Part shown: positions 62,979 through 64,000 of the stretch, piece by piece | Layout of the letters: every line of letters begins with the position of its first letter | Numbering within the stretch: the first letter of the stretch is position 1 | From: Octopus vulgaris | Lineage: Eukaryota | Length of the DNA stretch: 64,000 bases | Direction: 5' to 3' | NCBI GenBank assembly: GCA_951406725.2 | Contig: OX597815.1 | Coordinates: 25,172,001 to 25,236,000 of the forward strand | Notes under the pieces: generated by a model | The model's database searches: none | Seen by the model: the letters and a program-made list of their open reading frames with translations, nothing else | What the model was told of the DNA's origin: nothing | Translations under genes and position numbers: made by a program

Positions 62979-63436
62979 AATTACAGTAAGATAAAAGCAA
63001 AAAGGATAATTCAAAATATATTTGGACTCTACACATGAGAAATGAAAATACATGTCATGTATTTCGGTTTCTATCAGTTATTGATTTACTCTGATTTACT
63101 ATATTTGCCAGACATTAGGACATTATTTACATTTTGTTTTCATCTCTTTTATTTTATTCCATATTTACGTAAGTTGAACACGTTTACAAAGTCAGACATT
63201 TACAGTTTGTTTTATAGCCACATAGTAAATCTTCTCTTAAATAGGTTAAGATAAATACATTGCCCGTTCCTTCTCTAAACTAACTTCATATGTATACAAA
63301 GTTAAACTGTCTACTGTGTGGTAAATAGATGGCATAAGGAAAACTGTTAAGTGCATGAGAGACAGTTGTTCTTGTGTGAACAAAATATGTTGGATGTAAA
63401 AGTGTGATGAGTTGATGGTATAGGCTACATGGATAA

Positions 63437-63670
63437 GGTGGCGAGCTGGCAGAAACGTTAGCACACCGGGCGAAATGCATAGCCGTATTTCATCTGCCAT
63501 TACGTTCTGAGTTCAAATTCTACCAAGGTCGACTTTGCCTTTCATCCTTTCGGGGTCGATAAATTAAGTACCAGTTATGCACTGGGGTCGATGTAATCGA
63601 CTTAATCCGTCTGTCTGTCCTTGTTTGTCTCCTCTGTGTTTAGCCCCTTGTGGGTAGTAAAGAAATAGGT
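63437..63670 (+). mobile_element. SINE family B in CCNK intron, flanked by the direct repeat AGGCTACATGGAT
   Basis: Full-length copy. AGGCTACATGGAT at ~63422 and ~63673 is a TSD-like duplication. Confidence 0.85.
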
Positions 63671-63900
63671 AGAGGCTACATGGATCAAATTCCACCATTA
63701 AAAACATGGGAAGAAATATGTTAGATTTGTAAATAATGAACAAGATTCATTAGAGGTACAGGATCAACATGTATCAAGGAATGTTGTTGACTAATCCAGT
63801 GGAAACTAATACAAAGATAAAAAATATTGAAACCAGTAAAAGTTGCTTGTACTCTGTTTCCATAATTCATTATGTAAATAATGTCCTGCTATCATTTCAG

Positions 63901-64000
63901 TTTATGTACAACACTGTGTCTGCAGTGGGAAGCAGAAATTATCGCCGTGTCACTCATGTATCTAGCCAGTCGACTATCAAAGTTTGATATCCAAGAATGG
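63901..64000 (+). CDS. CCNK: Cyclin K, coding exon 6, truncated by window end ([33 protein letters not shown])
   Basis: Matches cyclin K [39 protein letters not shown] acceptor ends at 63900. Confidence 0.95.

Overview
AT-rich, microsatellite-saturated animal genomic DNA whose SINE/LINE repertoire points to a coleoid cephalopod, probably Octopus (inference). Two protein-coding genes are supported. The first is the 5' part of cyclin K (CCNK, + strand, six coding exons from 53268 to the window end), whose first coding intron has U12-type (minor spliceosome) signals. The second is an intronless ~494-aa ORF (30662-32146) with a divergent EB1/MAPRE-type calponin-homology domain and a long novel tail. 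The rest is mostly mobile DNA. It includes a local concentration of Merlin (IS1595/ISXO2-type) elements: two transposase relics and two MITE families with GGATCTTTT termini and 8-bp TSDs, one pair nested. Also present are Tc1, pogo/Tigger and Tc2-like elements, an R4/Dong LINE inserted in a TAA microsatellite, CR1 and RTE LINE pieces, a putative solo LTR, Penelope-like (PLE) fragments and several tRNA-derived SINE families. Four minimal type-I hammerhead-ribozyme-like motifs with variant cores sit in putative PLE terminal repeats. Most short ORFs in the ORF track are microsatellite or SINE artefacts.
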